NCBI GenBank assembly: GCA_013416795.1
Contig: RQSC01000397.1
Coordinates: forward strand, 15,239 to 79,238
Length of the DNA stretch: 64,000 nucleotides
Origin: Prasinococcaceae sp. CCMP 1430
Lineage: Eukaryota > Plantae > Prasinodermophyta
Direction of reading: 5' to 3'
Part shown: in pieces, positions 45,217 through 56,694 of the stretch
Layout of the letters: every line of letters begins with the position of its first letter
Position numbering within the stretch: position 1 is the stretch's first letter
Notes under the pieces: generated by a model
Databases searched by the model: none
Told to the model about the DNA's origin: nothing
The model's input: only the letters and a program-made list of their open reading frames with translations
Made by a program: the position numbers and the translations under genes

Positions 45217-45272
45217 AGTAGCTACAGTAGACTAGACCAGTAGTCACCAGAGACTAGTCTACTAGTACTACT
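45217..45272. repeat. Imperfect ~19-bp inverted repeat (AGTAGACTAG ... CTAGTCTACT)
   Basis: Perfect 10-bp core arms at 45226-45235 and 45254-45263, extended by imperfect flanks, around an 18-nt loop. Confidence 0.7.
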
Positions 45273-45301
45273 CCACCATCGCGATGGCACACACTCTCTC
45301 G

Positions 45302-46102
45302 CTAGCTAAGCCAGCTATTGAAGCCACCCTTCAGCCTATCGCCCCAGCTCAGCTTGTACTCCTTCAGGCCGAATGGAGGCGTCACGAAAAACACGAACGA
45401 CACGCGCGTGCCGCGCGTCTCGGGCTGGCCATCGCTCGCACACACGCGGTGCTTGTGCGTCTTGTTGTGTGTCAGGCTCATGAAGTAGAGTTCTCCGCTG
45501 CTGGGGCGGTACGTGCGCAGCTCTTTGCTCTTGGTGTTCTTGAACTCGAGCGCTCTCTGCGCCCCGAGCGAGAGCACGGCAATGTGGTAACCATACTGAT
45601 CCTGCGAGGGCGAACAATGGCTCGCGTCAGAGCACGTACAGGTGGCCGCTCGGCGGACACTGCTCGCGGTGAGCATAACCTCCGAGAGAAGACACACGTG
45701 CCCGTCTCGGAGACAGAAATTAAGACAATTCATACAGTACTGTACCTGGTGCCACTCAATGCGATGGTTGGGGTCCTCAAACCGGTTGCAGTACACGTCG
45801 CTCACGCCGCATCCGAGGTCGCGCTCGACTCGGCCGCAGAGCGCCTCCAGCGCGCGCAGGCCGGGGAGTGAGCCCTCACTGGCCCTGCGATCCGAGCGGA
45901 GATAGTGGAAGGCGTGCTGTGGCAGTCGCTCGCCGTACAGCTTCGGGCGCAAGTCCCACGGGAAGAGCTGTGTGGACTCGACCTGCGCAAACACCTCAGC
46001 AGCCTCCTCCGGAGGAAGCCAATCCGACCAGAAGCGAAGCCCCGAGTCGCCCTTGCCCGCGTGCCACACGCGCATCGCATCGACAGCGTCGTCGGCGCTC
46101 AT
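45302..46102 (-). CDS. AlkB-like 2OG-Fe(II) dioxygenase (in-frame intron 45745-45602)
   Basis: CNRF...IEWHQ/DQ (HxD after splicing), IAVLSLGAQRALEF, HKHRV, RVSFVF. Confidence 0.82.
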   Translation of the reverse strand: MSADDAVDAMRVWHAGKGDSGLRFWSDWLPPEEAAEVFAQVESTQLFPWDLRPKLYGERLPQHAFHYLRSDRRASEGSLPGLRALEALCGRVERDLGCGVSDVYCNRFEDPNHRIEWHQVQYCMNCLNFCLRDGHVCLLSEVMLTASSVRRAATCTCSDASHCSPSQDQYGYHIAVLSLGAQRALEFKNTKSKELRTYRPSSGELYFMSLTHNKTHKHRVCASDGQPETRGTRVSFVFFVTPPFGLKEYKLSWGDRLKGGFNSWLS

Positions 46103-46394
46103 CGTTCGCGCGCACGGACGAGACAGGTCCAGACTTGTGAGATTGAGGTCGCGACACTTCGCGGGCGCACTACTCTTGCGCAGCGGCGCAGGACCGCCGC
46201 ACTGCGGAGGACGTTCCACGCGCGCTCCCGCCGCCGCGCAAGGAACGAGGTCGAGGGGACCGGCCTCTGCCACCCTCGCGCACCGACCGCGACACGTCCA
46301 CGCGCGTGTTTGCGCGCAGAGCGCGTGCTGTGGCATCCGTACACTGAGCGGCGAAAATGATTCGTGCTTGCTGGAAGCGCATGTATTACGTTGA

Positions 46395-48537
46395 CTATTG
46401 CTGGGTCGGGTCGTAGTCCGCGAATACCTCCTTGAAGGCGTTCGTCACCTTGGTTTCCTCCTCCTCGCTGCCCATAGAGCACGATTTCCACGCTGCGCGG
46501 TCGGGCTTGCCCAGCGCCGCGGCGATCGTCTCGCGGCCGAACGCCATCGGGTGCCGTTCGCCGCGCGCCATGCGGTGGACAAGGCGCGTCCCATCGGGCA
46601 GGCGCACGCAGAAATACTCGGCCCCAGCGGCTGCCTGCTGCAGCGCGGCCTGCGGCGCGCCGGGCGGCAGCACGGCCTCGAACTTGAAGCCCGCCTTGGC
46701 TGCCTTCGTCTCAAAGACCTGCCTGACGCTGTCAGCCTCATCCGCGGGGACTGGAAGACAGTTGATGTGGCAGTGGTTTCCGCCCTTGCCGCGCAACGAC
46801 AGGAAGCGCTCGAAGCACACCAGTTTGGAGCCGGCGAGCCTCTCAGCGAAGCAGCGAGCGAGCGCGCCGAGGTATTGCTCTACCTCGGCGTAAGCTGCCG
46901 GCGAGAGCGCTGCCGCGCAAGGCACGTGCTCGATGGGGATCACAAGCACGTGCTGGGGCACCATCGGGCCCTTGTCCAGCGCCATGTAGGCCTGCTCCGC
47001 CACGCTCACCACCAGATGCAACTGTGCGCTCTCGTTCGACAGGCAGAACCAACAGTCGGCGGGAGCGGGCGGCGGCGCGCCCGCCACAGAAAGTGGTGGG
47101 GGTGCGCCTTCAGCCTTGCCCCTGCCGCCTGTCGCCGCCTCGACGAAGACTTCCCTGCCCATCAGCATGGTGCCGTGCATTGCCAGTGCGCGCACCGCTG
47201 CCTCGTTCGAGCCGAAGTCCACGTGCGCGAAGCCCGCGGGCTTGCCCTGTTTGGTGCCAAGCTTCACGCGCGTAACCGGCAGGCAACCACCGCCTTCGAA
47301 GAGGTCCTTAAGCGCATCCTCGGATACTTGCCCAGGGGCCAGGTTGCGCACGAACACCTGCGTGCCGCCGCCAAGCGACGAGGGCTCCGCTGCGGCCGGC
47401 CGCGGACGCTTGGTACCGCGCCGCCCCCCAGCGCCGCCGCCACCGCGCGTGCTGCCGTCCGCGCCGACGTTTTGAAAGCGCCAGCCGCCCTCTTGTCCGC
47501 CTGGTACAACCGGCGGCGGGCCCGGCGGCGGCACGCCAGCTAATTGCGGTGGCAGCACGCCGGGAGGAGGGCCGGGTGGCGCCGGCATGTCGTAGGGGCT
47601 CTTCGTCGCACCTGCAGGCACCTCGTTGCGTTTGGCTGCATCCATGCCTGCCGACGGCTCGATAGCAAGCGCGTGTAGCCACTTTGCAGGTGGCGGTGCG
47701 CTCACCGCCGCGAGCGCCACGAAGCGCGTCACGCCGCCTCCACCGTTGACGTAAGGCGCGCGCACCCAGCTGACGCCCTCCGACCCGCCCACCACGTGGT
47801 AGCGTGGCGCGATCTGCACTACGAGCTGGCGCGCGGCAGCTTCACCTGTGGGCGCGCCCGTGGGCGCTGCAGTGGCGCCCGCGCCAACGCCCTCAGGCCA
47901 CTCTGCGGTGAGCAGCAGGTCCACGCCCGTGCCACCGCGCGCCTCAACGCACAGCTTGTCAACCATAGCCTTGAGATACGTGCCGCCTCGCGCGGCAACA
48001 TCCGCGGCCGCCATCGTGCTCGTGTCACCGTACAGCAGCGCGTCGTACCGGCCGCTCAGCGAGGCGACGCGCAGACCATGGCGCTCGGCAACACGTGCGC
48101 CGCGCAGGCAGAACAGGTTCGGTGCAACTCGAACCGCGCCCGTCTCGTCTGGCGCACCTGCGGCAGCGAGCGCCACCTCGGCTCCGCCGCCAAAGTCACC
48201 CACGAAGTATGTCGGGAGCGGGCAGGCCTTCTCACCATCAAGGTACGGCTGCAGAAAGCTGCCGGCTGCGCTGCCGCCACTGCGAGTAAGCGCGAGCGCG
48301 AGCACGGGGGTGTGGGGGTCAGCACGTGCTCTTGTTTGTGCAAACGTTCTCACGAGCCGCCACACGCGGCCGAGCCCATGCGCGCGCAACGCACCCCTCG
48401 CCGCCGAAAAACTGGCCCGCGCAGAAGACCGCAGCGAACGGGCCAGCACGCGACGCATTCACTGCCGCAACGCGTGAGCACAGGGCGTCGAGGCGGCCGC
48501 GCACGTCGCCCGTCAGCAGGACCTTCGTGGGCGCCAT
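46395..48537 (-). CDS. CWF19L1: CWF19-like 1 (Drn1) splicing/debranching factor with internal RRM
   Basis: KVLLTGDVRGRL...GPFAAVFCAGQFF, PLPTYFVG, DLLLTAEWPEGV, PRYHVVG; RRM with VFVRNL and GFAHVDF; CwfJ domains CWFCLSN, HLVVSV, HVLVIPIEH, HCHINCLPVP, FGRETIA. Confidence 0.88.
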
Positions 48538-49113
48538 CCTCTGCCGGGGGACGTTCGCGCTCCGCCGCGCAGCGCAGCACGGCACAGCGCGGCGCGCACG
48601 CGGAGGGAATCTGGCCCGTGCCGACTCTTTCCTGCTCGCGATCTGGCCGAGTCGAGCGGGCTCGCGCGCCGCTGGCCTCGTATGCTGCCCCGGGCAAGCA
48701 CCTCAGCCTCGGCTGCGGCCCGCGCGGCCTGTGGCGGCTGGCGCGTGCAACGACGAGCACGATGCGGCACACATGGAGCTTCAAATTCCGCTTGGGTGCC
48801 ATCATTTGCCATTGCAAAATACCCCACGGGAGAGCTCGTGAATCCATCGAAACGAACGCGCGGACGCCTTCCGAGGCTACCGAAAACGAGTCCGCCCAGC
48901 GCCAGGCCAAGAGAGACAAGGAGGCGGCGTGGGCTCGGAGGTAGAGTGGTGCAGCACGGCCGCCGCATCGCGGCGCGCAGGCCGATGTACAACTTTCGCC
49001 ACTGTTACGGGCAGCGGCCTTCGCGCGCTACTGCGTCCCGCACCCTGGGGCGCGGTACGTCAGCACTGGCGACCGGGTCTACAATGCTCGCTCACCCGCG
49101 AACGAGCAAGGCC

Positions 49114-49539
49114 CTATTCGAGGCGGCGAAGCTCCTCGAGTCGCTCCAATATAACTTTCTTGGACGTCTCCTGGACCTCTCCTGCCAAGAAGAACTCGTC
49201 CAAAATGAGGTAGCAGATGTTGAAGCCGAAGACCAAGTCGAGCTCGCAAACGCCCGAGAAGAAGTGGTCGAGCACCTCGACGAGCAGGTGGATGCTCTCG
49301 AGATGCGAGAGCTCGTTGTCGTTGACGTCGACGCACAGCGAGAAGAATAGGCCGGCGTACTGGCGGTAGATCACCTTGTGCGTGCGGAACTCGAAGAAGT
49401 TGCTCAGCTTTTTGTCGCGCGAGCACACCTCGCGATGAATCTCCTGCTCGAGCTTGCGCTTCTCGGTGTCCTCCAGCGGCACGTAGTACTTGGAGAGTCG
49501 CGTCTTGCCCTGCTTGTTTTGTAGCAACACGAAGCGGAT
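49114..49539 (-). CDS. AP2S1: AP-2 complex sigma subunit (main exon; short first exon not located)
   Basis: [23 protein letters not shown]...[16 protein letters not shown]...VCELDLVF...[16 protein letters not shown]. Confidence 0.92.
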   Translation of the reverse strand: MRFVLLQNKQGKTRLSKYYVPLEDTEKRKLEQEIHREVCSRDKKLSNFFEFRTHKVIYRQYAGLFFSLCVDVNDNELSHLESIHLLVEVLDHFFSGVCELDLVFGFNICYLILDEFFLAGEVQETSKKVILERLEELRRLE

Positions 49540-50303
49540 CTGCAGCAGGCAGGCGCGCACGCGGGAAGGCGCGGGGGCGCGCGCGGCGAAAGGGCGTGCA
49601 GGCGTGTCAGCTCACGTGTGCGGCGCCGATGAAGAGCGTGGGGTGGTGGGGGATGGGATCGGAGTGGGGTGCGCGGCGCGGCAGGCATCGCCCACAAGGT
49701 CGTGCCCAACAGCCACAGCAGAAGGCGCCGTGGACCACCACCAGCCCATGCGAGACTCGTCCCGCCTACCCGCCTGAAGAAGGCACGCATGCGCAGTGTG
49801 ACGCGGTGTGGTTGCCACGATCGCGCCCGGCGCGCCGCTTGCGCAGCACTAGCCTTGCCCAGCACTGCCCTGCTCCGCCACTCCCCCCACCACCACCGCG
49901 CCCCGCTCATCCCCAAAAAAGCCTGCGCCCTCGCGCCGCGCCCCCCCGCCACGCGGCGGCCTTCGCGCGCGCGCGCGCGCGCGCGCGCACGAGGATCGAA
50001 TCCTCGCACCGCGCTCGCGCGCGCGCGCACGCCGAGCGCCGGGCGCGCCACGCGCGCAGAGTGGCCTGCTGCTGCTGCTGCTGTGCACCCCCGCGCCCCC
50101 GCCCGCGCCCACGAAGCGAGATTCCGCGGTAGAGGCCGCCGCCATTCCGCCAAGCTTGGCCATCGAAACGGATGCGCTAAGCGCGGAGGGTCGTGGCAAA
50201 ATGCTGCCCCATGCATGGCCGGGCCTCGCGACCAATAAACCCTACCTTAATTTTCCCCGAAACGCATGCGCCGTGATGCCAATGTGCGCCTGGCGAGTTT
50301 TTT

Positions 50304-53300
50304 TTACGCAGCTGGGGCGCGCAGCGCGAGAGCCATGCGGCAGCTCTCGCCCGAGTACGAGGCGTACATGCGCTGTGCGAGCCTCGGGCCGCCCTCGCTG
50401 CCCGCATCGGCGCGCAGCACGAACTCGCGTTCGTCGCACGCGCCGCACCACGCGAGGTTGCCAGCACCCGCCGCCGATTCGGACACGAACAGGCACGCGA
50501 GCGCCTCGCGCTGCGCAGGGTCCAACACGCTTGCCTGGCCTGCCTCGAGCAGCTGGTGCAGCAGCGGGGCAAGCGGTGCGCTAGTGGGCGGCAGGCGCTG
50601 GCTGAGCCACGCAGCCTCCAGCACCGACCTTTCGGCCGGTGCCAACGCGGCGAGCATCTCCTCTGCCCGCGACGTGGCACCTGCGATACTCGCGTCGCCG
50701 AGCGCGTTGGCACCCGAGAGCACTGACGGCTCGGCGGTCATGAGCGAATAGCCAAAGGACGAGGCCTGAGTCACGAGGCGATCGAGTGCGCGCTCCGACG
50801 ACGGCAACGCAGCCGCGGGGCTCGCCGCAAGCATCTGCGCGGCCGCTGCGGCGCCCGCGGAGAGAAGCTCCGAGAGTGCCGCGAGCGGCGTTGCCGTGTC
50901 GAACCAGTGCAGAACCTTCTCGGCCTCAGCCTCAGCGTTGAAGAGCGGACGCTGCTCCAGCGCAGGCAACGCGGGCGTCTCATCCCACAGCGAACGCCAC
51001 AGATTCCCCGCGCGTGCCATGCGTTCGCTCAGGCGGCCGCCACTGCTTTCGCCGGGGCCCGCGTCGATCCAGTCGTTGGGCGAGTCGAAACGGACGAAGT
51101 CCTCGAATGCGCAGCCAGGATTGGCGGCCTTGAATGCTGCCATGGCCGACACCAGCTCTTCGCTCTGCAGACGGGCGCGCGCGTCCTTTGCGTCTTCGCC
51201 ATCGCCAAGTGCGCGCAGCGCCTGCTGCCGCCGGCACAGCTCATCTTCCGTGAGCAGCGCGGGCGGCTGCAGCACGGGGCGCATCATTGGTGCACCCGAG
51301 CTTAGCAGGAAGAGCTCAGGGACGATACCATCGACCCCTGCCGCGCCATTCGCGGCATGCGCGTTCGCGGCGTCTTGGTCGTCGTCGGCCGTATCATAGC
51401 CGAAGCTCTCGTCGGGCGCCCCCCGGCATGTTGGGGACGACAGCGACTGTGCGGTGCTGTCACTGCGGCGGTCGACGGCCCCCGCGCTCATACCCGTCCG
51501 CGTCTCCCCCGAGACTTTAGCGAACTCGATGTCGATATCGTCGCCGCCGTCCCATCCGTCGCCCTCGTCGGTGGAATCAGTAAACGCATCACCCGGCGCG
51601 ACCATTCCTCCTGTTTCCTTCTCCGCTTCAAGGACCCGCGCGGGTTGCACGTAGCTGGCCGACCGGATGTAGTCAGCATTCGCTGCATCGTCGGCAGCCC
51701 AGTGTGCCCCCTCGCCGCTGCCGCCGCTGCCACCGCAGCCTTCGAGCGTCAGGTCCTCTTCGACGTCCCAGCCATCCCTGTTGCCGTCGGACATACCGGT
51801 GGTTGCGATCGCACCGGCACCAACACTCGGTGCTGTACTCTGACGTTCACTGCTCCCGGCTCGGCGCGTGGAGCGCGCTGCGAGCGAGGCGTGCGAGTAG
51901 CTCCTGCTTTGCCCTGAGCGCACGATGCATGTGTTTAGCATGCACAGCTTCTGGTGTAGCAACGAATGCGCCATGTCCGGGGCGGAGCCGTCATCGGGCA
52001 CGCCAGGCAGCAGCATCCGGTGCTCCCATAACAGGCGCAGCTCGCGTGCCACGCGGTTCCACAGCACCGCCACGGCGCGAGCATTGCTGAATTCGAGGCT
52101 GTGCAGTGCCAACAGCGACGTGAGCGACCCGGCGGGTGCTCCCTTCATAGCGCACGCCAGCCTATCCTGGCGACGGCGGCTCGAGAGGCCAGCGTCTCCC
52201 ATTTCGTCTGCACCAGTGCGACTTACCTGGGGCCGCCAGCATGACGCGGCTTGGAACATGCCCGCCACCACCCTCTCAAGTACGATAGGCGGCGGCACGG
52301 GCATGCTCCTGAGAGCCTCACTCGCAGCGGAGTCTCCGAACACCGGCGCCTCGCCCGCAGCCAGCTGCTCCACGCACGTCACACGCGCTGCGGACGCCAA
52401 CAACATGCTCCGTGCAGCCGTGCGCAGCAGCGTGGCGAAGCATCTTCCCCCTTCTCCTGCAACATGCTGATCCGACGAATCCTGAGCGAACCCGTCCGCG
52501 CCGCCGAACCCACGTGCTGCTTCCGCTGCGAGGTCATCAGCCGGGTGTATCTCTAGTTGCCGCAGCGCCCACGAGTGTGCGCCCAGTGGCCGCAAATCTG
52601 AGTATACTGGATTGTCGGACAGACCGTCGGCGCCAACGCAGCGCACGCCATCCCACGAGCAGCGCAGCTCGAGGCATGCGATGGGCTCGCTGAAGGCTGC
52701 CCACTCCGACCAAGGCTGGTCGGCGTCCCACGCGCCCCTGCCGCCATCGCCGCCGCCGCCGTTGCTGTCACTGCCGTCGCTGGTGGCGTCTTCGTCGTGT
52801 GACTCTCGGCTGTGGTCGCCGCCGCCGCCGGCAGCAGCAAGCTGAAGCTTGGCGAGCGCGGCGGCACGGATGTCTGCCTGCGAAGTGCTCGCAGTGTTGG
52901 CACTGCGTGGGTGCAACGCAGAGCTCCGTAGCGTGTAACAGAGCGAAGCGCGCACGCTGTCGGCGACGTCTGCGGCCGCGTCCGGGCATGGGACAGCCTC
53001 GCTCACCTTAGACGCGAAGGTAGCAACCAGTCCATCGAGGTGGCCAAGGGACGTGGGCGCATTGGTAGACAGCAGGTCAGCCTCGAAGCGCACGAGCACG
53101 CCGTCCTCCGCAGCGCACCCCACGTACGCGCCGCGCATTGGCTCGTGCACGGGCACGAGCAGCGGCCAGCGCGAGGCACGAGGGTTCGCCGGTGCAAGGC
53201 TGGCGAGCGCCAGCGCGCCGGCGCTCAGCAGCGAGCTCGCCGTGCCGGAGTTCATCACACTCCCGCTGAAGCTGCGGGGCGCGAGCTCCACAAACGGCTC

Positions 53301-53876
53301 GCCCTCCAGCCCGAACCAACGCACCGCGCGGTGGCGCGCGGCGCGCCCCCACGCTCGCTCGTAGCCCCCTTCGGCATCCTCGCCCGCGTGGCGCGGGTGC
53401 ATGCGCAGCTCCAGCGTGCGGCCGTCGAAGTCAAGCGTTTGTGTGCGCACGACGCCCGCATCAGCCTCGTCGCCCTCAGCCGGCGAGGTGCTCGATGCGC
53501 CCGGTTGCGAGTCCGAGCCGGCGGCCGCGCCGTGCGAGTCCTCTGCAGCCCACTTGCGCAGCGTGACCTCTACTGCGGCCGCCAGCCTCTCGAGCGGGCT
53601 TGCGAGTGAGTAGTCCTTGATCCGACTGCGACCCCCGCTGGCAGTCGTGCGGGCCAAGAGTTCCCCGTCAGCCTCGGCGCCCTCGCCGTCGCTGTCGCAT
53701 CTGCCGTTGTGGTGGGCATCGGTATCGGTGTCGCTTTCTCCCACACCGTCGCTTGCTGTGCCCGCGTCCGTGCCCCAGCCAGAATCGCTCGCGGAATCGG
53801 GCTCGGACTCGGACCCATCTTCGGAGGCCGTCGGGAGGACATCCAACTCCTCCGCCGGCACGGGCGCGCGCTCCAT
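50304..53876 (-). CDS. RAB3GAP1: Rab3 GTPase-activating protein catalytic subunit
   Basis: IKDYSLASPLERLAAAVE, KGAPAGSL, PDMAHSLLHQKLCMLNTCI, ARLQSEELVSAMAAFKAANPGCAFEDFVRFDSPNDW, GRLSERM. Confidence 0.9.
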   Translation of the reverse strand: MERAPVPAEELDVLPTASEDGSESEPDSASDSGWGTDAGTASDGVGESDTDTDAHHNGRCDSDGEGAEADGELLARTTASGGRSRIKDYSLASPLERLAAAVEVTLRKWAAEDSHGAAAGSDSQPGASSTSPAEGDEADAGVVRTQTLDFDGRTLELRMHPRHAGEDAEGGYERAWGRAARHRAVRWFGLEGEPFVELAPRSFSGSVMNSGTASSLLSAGALALASLAPANPRASRWPLLVPVHEPMRGAYVGCAAEDGVLVRFEADLLSTNAPTSLGHLDGLVATFASKVSEAVPCPDAAADVADSVRASLCYTLRSSALHPRSANTASTSQADIRAAALAKLQLAAAGGGGDHSRESHDEDATSDGSDSNGGGGDGGRGAWDADQPWSEWAAFSEPIACLELRCSWDGVRCVGADGLSDNPVYSDLRPLGAHSWALRQLEIHPADDLAAEAARGFGGADGFAQDSSDQHVAGEGGRCFATLLRTAARSMLLASAARVTCVEQLAAGEAPVFGDSAASEALRSMPVPPPIVLERVVAGMFQAASCWRPQVSRTGADEMGDAGLSSRRRQDRLACAMKGAPAGSLTSLLALHSLEFSNARAVAVLWNRVARELRLLWEHRMLLPGVPDDGSAPDMAHSLLHQKLCMLNTCIVRSGQSRSYSHASLAARSTRRAGSSERQSTAPSVGAGAIATTGMSDGNRDGWDVEEDLTLEGCGGSGGSGEGAHWAADDAANADYIRSASYVQPARVLEAEKETGGMVAPGDAFTDSTDEGDGWDGGDDIDIEFAKVSGETRTGMSAGAVDRRSDSTAQSLSSPTCRGAPDESFGYDTADDDQDAANAHAANGAAGVDGIVPELFLLSSGAPMMRPVLQPPALLTEDELCRRQQALRALGDGEDAKDARARLQSEELVSAMAAFKAANPGCAFEDFVRFDSPNDWIDAGPGESSGGRLSERMARAGNLWRSLWDETPALPALEQRPLFNAEAEAEKVLHWFDTATPLAALSELLSAGAAAAAQMLAASPAAALPSSERALDRLVTQASSFGYSLMTAEPSVLSGANALGDASIAGATSRAEEMLAALAPAERSVLEAAWLSQRLPPTSAPLAPLLHQLLEAGQASVLDPAQREALACLFVSESAAGAGNLAWCGACDEREFVLRADAGSEGGPRLAQRMYASYSGESCRMALALRAPAA

Positions 53877-54277
53877 GCGCCCGCTCCCACTCCTGCTCAC
53901 GGCCTGCGATCCCCGCCGGCCCTCGTGTGCACCTCTCAGACGTACCCGCACAGATGTGCCTGCCACCGCGCGTCCCCGCCGCACCGTCCCGCCCCGAGAC
54001 GGGATGCCCCGCAGCGCCCGCCAACGCACTCTACCCTACTCGCGCAGCCGACCGCCGTGAGCTCGTCGCTCAGCTGCAGCCCCCCCCCACACACACACAC
54101 ACAGCCCAGACCGCGCCCCAGGCGAGGGGGGCCGCACACAACGCGAGCGCTCAGTGGCACCATCTCTTGCTTCTGTTCTCAGACCGTTTTCCGAAACGCT
54201 GCGGCGAAGCCGCTCGCGTGCGCGCCGCGCCGCGCCGGAGTCACAAGCGCGTCGGGGCGTGCGCGGCTGGCCGCGCG

Positions 54278-55396
54278 ATGCGCGCCAGGCGCACGCTCGC
54301 GTTGCTGCGGCTGCTCGCCGCCGTTGCGGCGGCGCTGTGCGCCGCCGCGAACGCGCCGCTCTCAGTCGCTGGCGCCGGTGACAGCGGCGAGTGTGCGGCG
54401 GTGCCGAGTGCTGGCGAGGCTGGGGTGCTCCCGCTGGCGGCGGCGTTCGGCGCTGCGACGCTGCTCGACGTCACTGTGCCGCTCGGTGTGCTGACAACGC
54501 CGCTTTGGGATGACGAGAACTCGGTGCGTTGGGTGTGGTAGATGCTTGCTTGTTGCTCCCGTGTCTCACGTAGCTGCTGTGGACACACGCGTGCGCTGGG
54601 TAGCATACGTGCGTCGCTGACAATCCGCGCTGGCGACACGCACGGACGGGCACAGGAACCTGCCTTCACGCGCACCATCCTCACCGACACGCGGTTCGGT
54701 GACAGTGCAACGACCTCGCGCGTGTGCTTTCACTCGCATCATGGGACGCACGTTGACGCTCTCAAACACTTCGTGCCTGATGGCCACGAGCGCGCGCAGG
54801 AGTCGCGCGCACCGGGTGACGACGTCGCCGCTCTCCCGCTTCGCATACTGAATGGCGCGGCTTTTATCGTCGACTTTGATGATTCCGTGACGGGGCCCAT
54901 CACTGCGGAGATGCTCGAGGGTAGGCTTCCCAAGGGCGTTGAGCGGTGCGTGCTCGCGCCTGTCTGCTGCATCCTCTCTGCATTGTGCATATTTCGTGTT
55001 CAAGCGATGGTTCCCCTGCTGACGCTCACGTGCGCTGCATCCGCACGCTACGCGTTCGATGTTTGCTGCAGCGTACTGCTACGCACGCGCCACTCGCGCG
55101 CGCGCGACATGTACAAGCCTAAGTTCGACTACGATTTTACTGCGCTCGACGCCAGCGGCGCGCGCTTCATGGTGGAGCACGGCGTGAAGCTCGTTGGAGT
55201 GGACTACCTGAGCGTGGCCACGTTTGCCGACGGCGTGGAGGCGCATCGGACGATGCTGGGCGCGGGAATCGTTGCGTTGGAGGGTCTGGACCTGCTGAAC
55301 GCGCCGGTCGACAAAGGCGAGGTGGTGCTACTGGCGCTCCCCCTGGCAATGACGGATGGCGACGGCACGCCCGTGCGCGTTGTGCTAGCGTACTGA
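54278..55396 (+). CDS. Cyclase/kynurenine-formamidase (KynB-like) metal hydrolase with signal peptide (multi-exon)
   Basis: Signal peptide (LALLRLLAAVAAALCAA), LLDVTVPL, HHGTHVDALKH metal motif, KLVGVDYLSV, AHRTML, LEGLDL, LPL...DGTPVRVVL. Confidence 0.85.
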
Positions 55397-55468
55397 GATG
55401 TGCGCACGCGGGCGCCCGCGCTTCATGGGCGCGTCGAGAGCGGCGAGAGCTAAGTCGCAAATTGTCGT

Positions 55469-56694
55469 TCATTTATAGCGCTCGTTGAACTTCGATTCCC
55501 AGTCGTCCGTGCCGTCCTCCATTGCAGCGGCCCTGCCGGAGCCGTCCGAGCCGTACACGACGTCAGAGTCGCTCACGGTGCGCCTGCGGCCCATCATCGC
55601 GGCCGCGGCCAGCTTAGCTTGCAGCGCAGCGTCGGGGTACGCCATGCGCCTCGCAGCGTCCATGCGCGCTTCGTTGCGGCGCTTGATCGCAGCGTTGCGG
55701 CGCATGGCGAGCGCGAAACGCAGTGCGGGGATGGCAAAGTAGGCCACCGCGTACACCTGCAGGAACGGCAACGACGCGGCAGCGAGCTTCACGACGCCCG
55801 AGCCGGCGGCGCGCGCGAGCGTCGCTGGGTCGGCGAGCATCACGCTCAGCACAGCCACGCCCACGAAGTTTGCGACGCCCAGGCCTGCGGCAAGCATGAT
55901 CTGACCCCTGGTGGCGCGGCTGACGCCGTACTCGCCCTCCTCAAGGAACGCCCCCGGGGTCGCGCCTTCGGCGAGCTCCGAGCGGCCGCCGGCTGTCACC
56001 TGCAAGTCAGGGAACTTGTACACGATGGTGCCGTCGTCGGTCACCTCCGCCTCGCCGTTGAATCGTATCAGCGCGGGCAGCACGTAGCTCTCGTCTGTGG
56101 GGTCGGCGGCGTGGATTTCCTCCGAGTCGGCGAAGGGCGCGATCTGCTCTGCAACGAGCACGCCGCCGTTGGCCGCGGCCGCCTCACCGAGCAGCCGGTA
56201 GCGCGTATCCTCTAGCGCATCGTTCGGGTCGCCGTCGCCGAAGACGAACGAGAACACGGCCTCGAGGAAGTTCATCTCGTCGGCGGGACGCGGCGGGCGC
56301 TGATAGTAGTACGGGTCGTAGAACCAGAAGAGGTCGAACGGGCTGAAGTAGAAGAACCCCGGGCTGTAGAATCCGCCGCCGCCGTACGAGCGCTCGCGGT
56401 CGTCGGAGTTGCTGCCCCTGAGGATGGCGATGATGGCGAGGTACACGATGACGAGGCTCGCGATGAGCGCGGTGCCGAAGGACACGCGCGTGATGTACAT
56501 GCTCACCCCCGCGGCCTTGTCCAGCGCGGGCTCTATGCGCAGCTTGAGCGACCGCGCGGCAAGCGTCGAGCGAAAGCCGTCTGGCAGCTCGTACACGAGG
56601 TCGCCGTCGTTGCTCACCTTGAGCGCGCCCGCCGTGTCGGCCGCCAGGGCGCGCAGCGCGGCCTCCGCGCGCTCGACGGGCACGCCCGCGCGCG
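55469..56694 (-). CDS. Conserved green-lineage/cyanobacterial membrane protein (At5g03900-like); 5' end in gap
   Basis: AEAALRALAADTAGALKVSNDGDLVYEL, RVSFGTALIAS, MNFLEAVFSFVFGDGDPN, GGVLVAEQIAPF, VLPALIRFNGEAEVTDDGTIVYKFPDLQ. Confidence 0.75.
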
